In this document: positions 47,862 through 51,069 of the stretch, in pieces | How the letters are laid out: each line of letters opens with the position of its first letter | Position numbering within the stretch: position 1 is the stretch's first letter | From: Candidatus Brocadiaceae bacterium | GTDB lineage: Bacteria; Planctomycetota; Brocadiia; SM23-32 | Direction: 5' to 3' | Assembly: GCA_003551305.1 (NCBI GenBank) | Contig: PUMJ01000001.1 | Coordinates: 1-51,069 of the forward strand | DNA: 51,069 bases | The notes under the pieces: generated by a model | Databases searched by the model: none | The model's input: the letters and a program-made list of their open reading frames with translations, nothing else | Told to the model about the DNA's origin: nothing | Translations under genes and position numbers: made by a program

Positions 47862-49940
47862 CTACTCGGTCACGAGTTCGGCGCGGCGCACGGCGAAGGT
47901 GTCGTTGCCGGAGAAGACCAGGTGCACCGTCCTGCCGTCCTCGCTCATCCACTTCGTCGGGAAGCTGCCCGTCTCCCCGGGGCCCACGTCCCACAGTTCA
48001 GCATAATGGACTGCCGTCCACGGGCCCCACGGCTCAGGCGCGTCATAGACGCCAAACCCCCCGGAGAAGCGCGTCTGGGAGTCCATCGGGCGGTTTGGCA
48101 GTTGATGCCACCAGAGATAGCGACCCAGTCCGGCGTTGTACGTGACGCCGGAGCGCAGGCAGCGTCTCCGGTGCGTGAACACGGCGCCGCGCTCATCGGA
48201 ATCCCCGCTCCAACCAGGATTCCCCTGCTCATCGAGACCGGTGAAGAACTCGTAGGCGTCGCGCCGGCGGATGCGCTCCTTCGGCACCCGCATCAGGATC
48301 ATCCGGTCGGCGGCGCAGTATGCGCTGGGATTGTCGTGCGAATAGACATACACGAAGTCATCCCGCGCCCCGGCGTAGTTCGGCCCGAAGTTGAGGAACG
48401 TGCAGTATCCGAACTCCTCGAACCGCCAGTCGGCCCATGTCCAAGTCCGGGCGCGATCCTCCGACCACGCGAGCTGCGAGTGATGGCCATCGCCGTCGGC
48501 GTTGCGGGCCCAGAGGTAGAGGACGCCGTCCACCATGAGGATCCCGCTGCCCTTCCGCCCTCGGCGTCCCATGCCGCCTTCTTCGATGTTGGAGCGGACG
48601 TTCCGACCCTCTATCCCCGGCGGCGAACCGCTGACCTTCGCGCAGCCCATGCTCAGCTTGGTTTCAGTGGGCGGGTTGAAGCCCCAGCCGTCGCCCCAGG
48701 CGGTGTAGAGGTCGCCGTCGTCGGCCCACGTCAGGGGCCAGTTGTCGCTGCCGTCGCGCCCTTTCATGTGGCAACGCCGCACTATCTCCGACCGGGGGGC
48801 CCACTCGATGCGCTTGATGACGGGGCTCGGGGGGCACGGCGGCAGGAAGGCCTCCGCCAGGGGCCGCAGCAGGTGCTCGTCCACGCCGCCCCAGAAGGTC
48901 TGCCCTATCTGCCCGCCGTTGCGGACCACGACCATGTTCAGCATGGGGACGACGAACAGGTGCTGGTTGCCGGCCCCGGCACCGCCGAACGCGTCCCGCG
49001 GCATGCTCTCCCACACGCCATCGTGGTTCACCCACCAGCACAGGCCGGAGGCCGGCCGGGGGTCTTCCGGCCGTCGGCCCGAGAGCGGCGTCCCGGCGAA
49101 GGCGCTCACGCGTTCCACCCATTGCGGGTCCAGTATCTGTTCGCCGTCCCAGTTCCCCTTGCGGAGCATGAGGCGCCCGAGCCGGGCCACGGCGCGCGGG
49201 GTGAATTCGCCCCCGCCCCAGTTTGCCACAAGCGGCAGACCGTCCGTCTCGAACGTCTTCTCATAGCCGATAGACCACTCCTCGTCGCGGATGCCGATGG
49301 GCCGCATCACGCGTTCGCGCAACAGCGTGCGGATGTCCTCATGTTCCGTGCCCCGCAAGGCCGCCGTCACGCACCAGGACAGCATCGCCATGCCCGGGTT
49401 GCTGTAGGCGTAGTCCGAGCCCGGGCAGAAGAGGACGGGCGCGTCGTCGCGCGCGCTCAGGAAGGGGTTCGGCTCCTGTCGCCAGAAACGGCCCTTCCAG
49501 CCCGGCAACTCCATGTGATGCTCGTTCAAAGTCTTGCCTTCGGCCAGAGCCTGAAGGCGCTGCCGCTCGCCCAGTTCTGCGTCCTCCAGACCCGAAGTGT
49601 GCGTGGCAAGATGGCGTATCGTTACAAGGCCCTTCTGCGGGGAGTTGCGCCACTGGGGGACGTACTTGCAGGCGGGGTCATCAACGCGGATGAGCCCATC
49701 CTGTAAAGCCAGCGTCAGGGAGATGCCGCCGACCAGCGCCTTGGCGAGGGAGGCGGAATAGTGACGGTCGGCGCCAGTTCGCCCATCCTCGTATCGTTCG
49801 CACACGATGCGGTCGTTTCGCGCCACCAGCAGCGCCCTGGTCCGCTTCTGCGCCAGATCCGTCCACAGCCTGTCCAGCCGTTCCGAGCAGAGCCGCTCAT
49901 CCTCCGGTGACGCCTGCTCCCATTCGAACCGAGAGACCAT
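47862..49940 (-). CDS. Serine hydrolase (beta-lactamase fold) fused to a DUF4185-like beta-propeller
   Basis: SxxK 'SLAK', 'HLATHTSG' and YxN 'YSN'. C-terminal half has 'SDNWPLTWADDG.LYTAWGDG' and 'APEPWGPW'. Confidence 0.8.
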   Translation of the reverse strand: MVSRFEWEQASPEDERLCSERLDRLWTDLAQKRTRALLVARNDRIVCERYEDGRTGADRHYSASLAKALVGGISLTLALQDGLIRVDDPACKYVPQWRNSPQKGLVTIRHLATHTSGLEDAELGERQRLQALAEGKTLNEHHMELPGWKGRFWRQEPNPFLSARDDAPVLFCPGSDYAYSNPGMAMLSWCVTAALRGTEHEDIRTLLRERVMRPIGIRDEEWSIGYEKTFETDGLPLVANWGGGEFTPRAVARLGRLMLRKGNWDGEQILDPQWVERVSAFAGTPLSGRRPEDPRPASGLCWWVNHDGVWESMPRDAFGGAGAGNQHLFVVPMLNMVVVRNGGQIGQTFWGGVDEHLLRPLAEAFLPPCPPSPVIKRIEWAPRSEIVRRCHMKGRDGSDNWPLTWADDGDLYTAWGDGWGFNPPTETKLSMGCAKVSGSPPGIEGRNVRSNIEEGGMGRRGRKGSGILMVDGVLYLWARNADGDGHHSQLAWSEDRARTWTWADWRFEEFGYCTFLNFGPNYAGARDDFVYVYSHDNPSAYCAADRMILMRVPKERIRRRDAYEFFTGLDEQGNPGWSGDSDERGAVFTHRRRCLRSGVTYNAGLGRYLWWHQLPNRPMDSQTRFSGGFGVYDAPEPWGPWTAVHYAELWDVGPGETGSFPTKWMSEDGRTVHLVFSGNDTFAVRRAELVTE

Positions 49941-49969
49941 CGGATGCCCCTTTCGCGCCGCGCCGGAAC

Positions 49970-49998
49970 TTGACCGCCCGGACACCGGCACCTATCGT
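49970..49998 (+). promoter_or_regulatory. Candidate sigma70 promoter of the isomerase-transketolase operon
   Basis: TTGACC-N17-TATCGT. Confidence 0.45.
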
Positions 49999-50044
49999 GT
50001 AAACTCTTCCATTCCCGACCCTGCACGTTCCGGGAGACCCGACC

Positions 50045-50872
50045 ATGATAAAGGTGGCGGTGGCCGTTGCAACAGAAGACGCCATGCCCAGCGCATTCGT
50101 CGTGTGGCGCGGCATCGAGGACTCCATCCGGAAGGCGGCCGAGTTCGGCTACGACGGCATCGAACTGGCACTGAAAACGGCCGACCAGGTCAACCCCGAG
50201 CACGTGAAGCGGCTGCTGGCCGAACACAACCTGGCCTGTCCGTGCATCTCGACAGGACAGGTCTTCGCGGCCCTGGACCTCTATTTCACCGCGCGGGACG
50301 AAGCCAGGCGCCGGGAGGTCATCCGCGTCTTTCGGGAGATGATCGATCTGGCCTCCGAACTGGGGGCCATGGTCAACATAGGCCGCGCCCGCGGCTTCAT
50401 CGAGGAGGGGGAGGAGCCCGAAGAGGCCGAGGCCCGCTTCGTCGAGGTCGCCCGGGAGGTGGCCTCCTATGCCGAACCGAAGGGCGTCAAGCTCATCCTC
50501 GAACCCGTCAACCGTTATGAGATTAACTTCGTCAACTCGGTGCGGGACGGCGCAGCACTGCTGCGCAAGGTCGGAGCCCCGAACGTGGGACTGATGCCAG
50601 ACCTGTTCCACATGAACATCGAGGACCGCACCCTGGGCGGGGAACTGGAGGAACACGCCGACCTGGTGCAGTACATACACTTCGCCGATTCCAACCGGAT
50701 GGCCCCCGGACAGGGCCACACGGAGTTCCCGGCCGTCTTCGAGTCGCTGCGCCGGATGAGCTACAACGGATGGGTCTCCGTGGAGATCCTGCCCGAGCCC
50801 GACCCCGACACGGCCGCCCGGCAGGCCATCGAATCCCTTCGACCGCTGGTGGAGGACTACAACAGTGCCTGA
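50045..50872 (+). CDS. Sugar phosphate isomerase/epimerase (TIM barrel, IolO-like)
   Basis: 'GYDGIEL', 'LEPVNRYE', 'DLFHMNIE', 'HFADSNR..PG.GH', 'SVE'. Confidence 0.88.
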   Translation: MIKVAVAVATEDAMPSAFVVWRGIEDSIRKAAEFGYDGIELALKTADQVNPEHVKRLLAEHNLACPCISTGQVFAALDLYFTARDEARRREVIRVFREMIDLASELGAMVNIGRARGFIEEGEEPEEAEARFVEVAREVASYAEPKGVKLILEPVNRYEINFVNSVRDGAALLRKVGAPNVGLMPDLFHMNIEDRTLGGELEEHADLVQYIHFADSNRMAPGQGHTEFPAVFESLRRMSYNGWVSVEILPEPDPDTAARQAIESLRPLVEDYNSA

Positions 50873-51069
50873 CTTCGAAGCCCTCACGCGCGACTGCCTA
50901 TGGCTGCGTAGCGAGATCATAGACGTCATATACAACGCCGGCTCGGGGCACAGCGGCGGCTCGCTGTCGGCCGTCGAGATAGTCTGGACGCTCTACTCGG
51001 AGATACTCAACGTCCGGCCGGACGAGCCCCAATGGCCCGACCGCGACCGCTTTATCCTCTCGAAGGGCC
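50865..51069 (+). CDS. Transketolase N-terminal subunit (3' truncated; absent from the ORF track)
   Basis: GTG at 50865 after GGAGG translates to MPDFEALTRDCLWLRSEIIDVIYNAGSGHSGGSLSAVEIVWTLYSEILNVRPDEPQWPDRDRFILSKG. Confidence 0.88.
   Translation, partial: MPDFEALTRDCLWLRSEIIDVIYNAGSGHSGGSLSAVEIVWTLYSEILNVRPDEPQWPDRDRFILSKG

Noticed and set aside
47862-49940. Antibiotic-resistance beta-lactamase
   Set aside because: The fold motifs are shared with many esterases. The fusion, the missing clear signal peptide and the carbohydrate context argue against a resistance role.

Overview
High-GC DNA from a diderm bacterium (secretin and TolC present) with at least some anaerobic metabolism (glycyl radical enzyme). 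No rRNA, tRNA, CRISPR array or transposase was recognised. From left to right the window holds: (1) the 3' end of a MacB-type ABC permease and an orphan glycyl radical enzyme plus activase. (2) A minus-strand nitrogen/glutamine cluster: gdhA, dapF, purF, a KaiC-like/GAF/AAA+/HTH sigma54 activator, a stand-alone FMN glutamate-synthase-family gene, carA, guaA and carB. A readable sigma54 promoter and NtrC-type enhancer boxes sit in this cluster. (3) A sigma54-preceded four-gene operon with a secreted Ig-fold pilin-like protein, a chaperone-like protein, a secretin and a second pilin paralog that lacks the N-terminal extension. It has no usher, ATPase or prepilin peptidase. This is the best candidate for an undescribed system, a 'chaperone-secretin' fibre. 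(4) A metallophosphoesterase, an SDR/FAD-oxidoreductase/Eda sugar-acid operon and an orphan TolC. (5) YhaO/YhaN-like DNA repair genes followed by archease-rtcB. (6) Sugar-acid catabolic genes (DUF1537 kinase, split transketolase, racemase-like protein, MFS, GH4, isomerase) and a composite intergenic repeat. All family assignments come from motifs read by eye; no database search was run.
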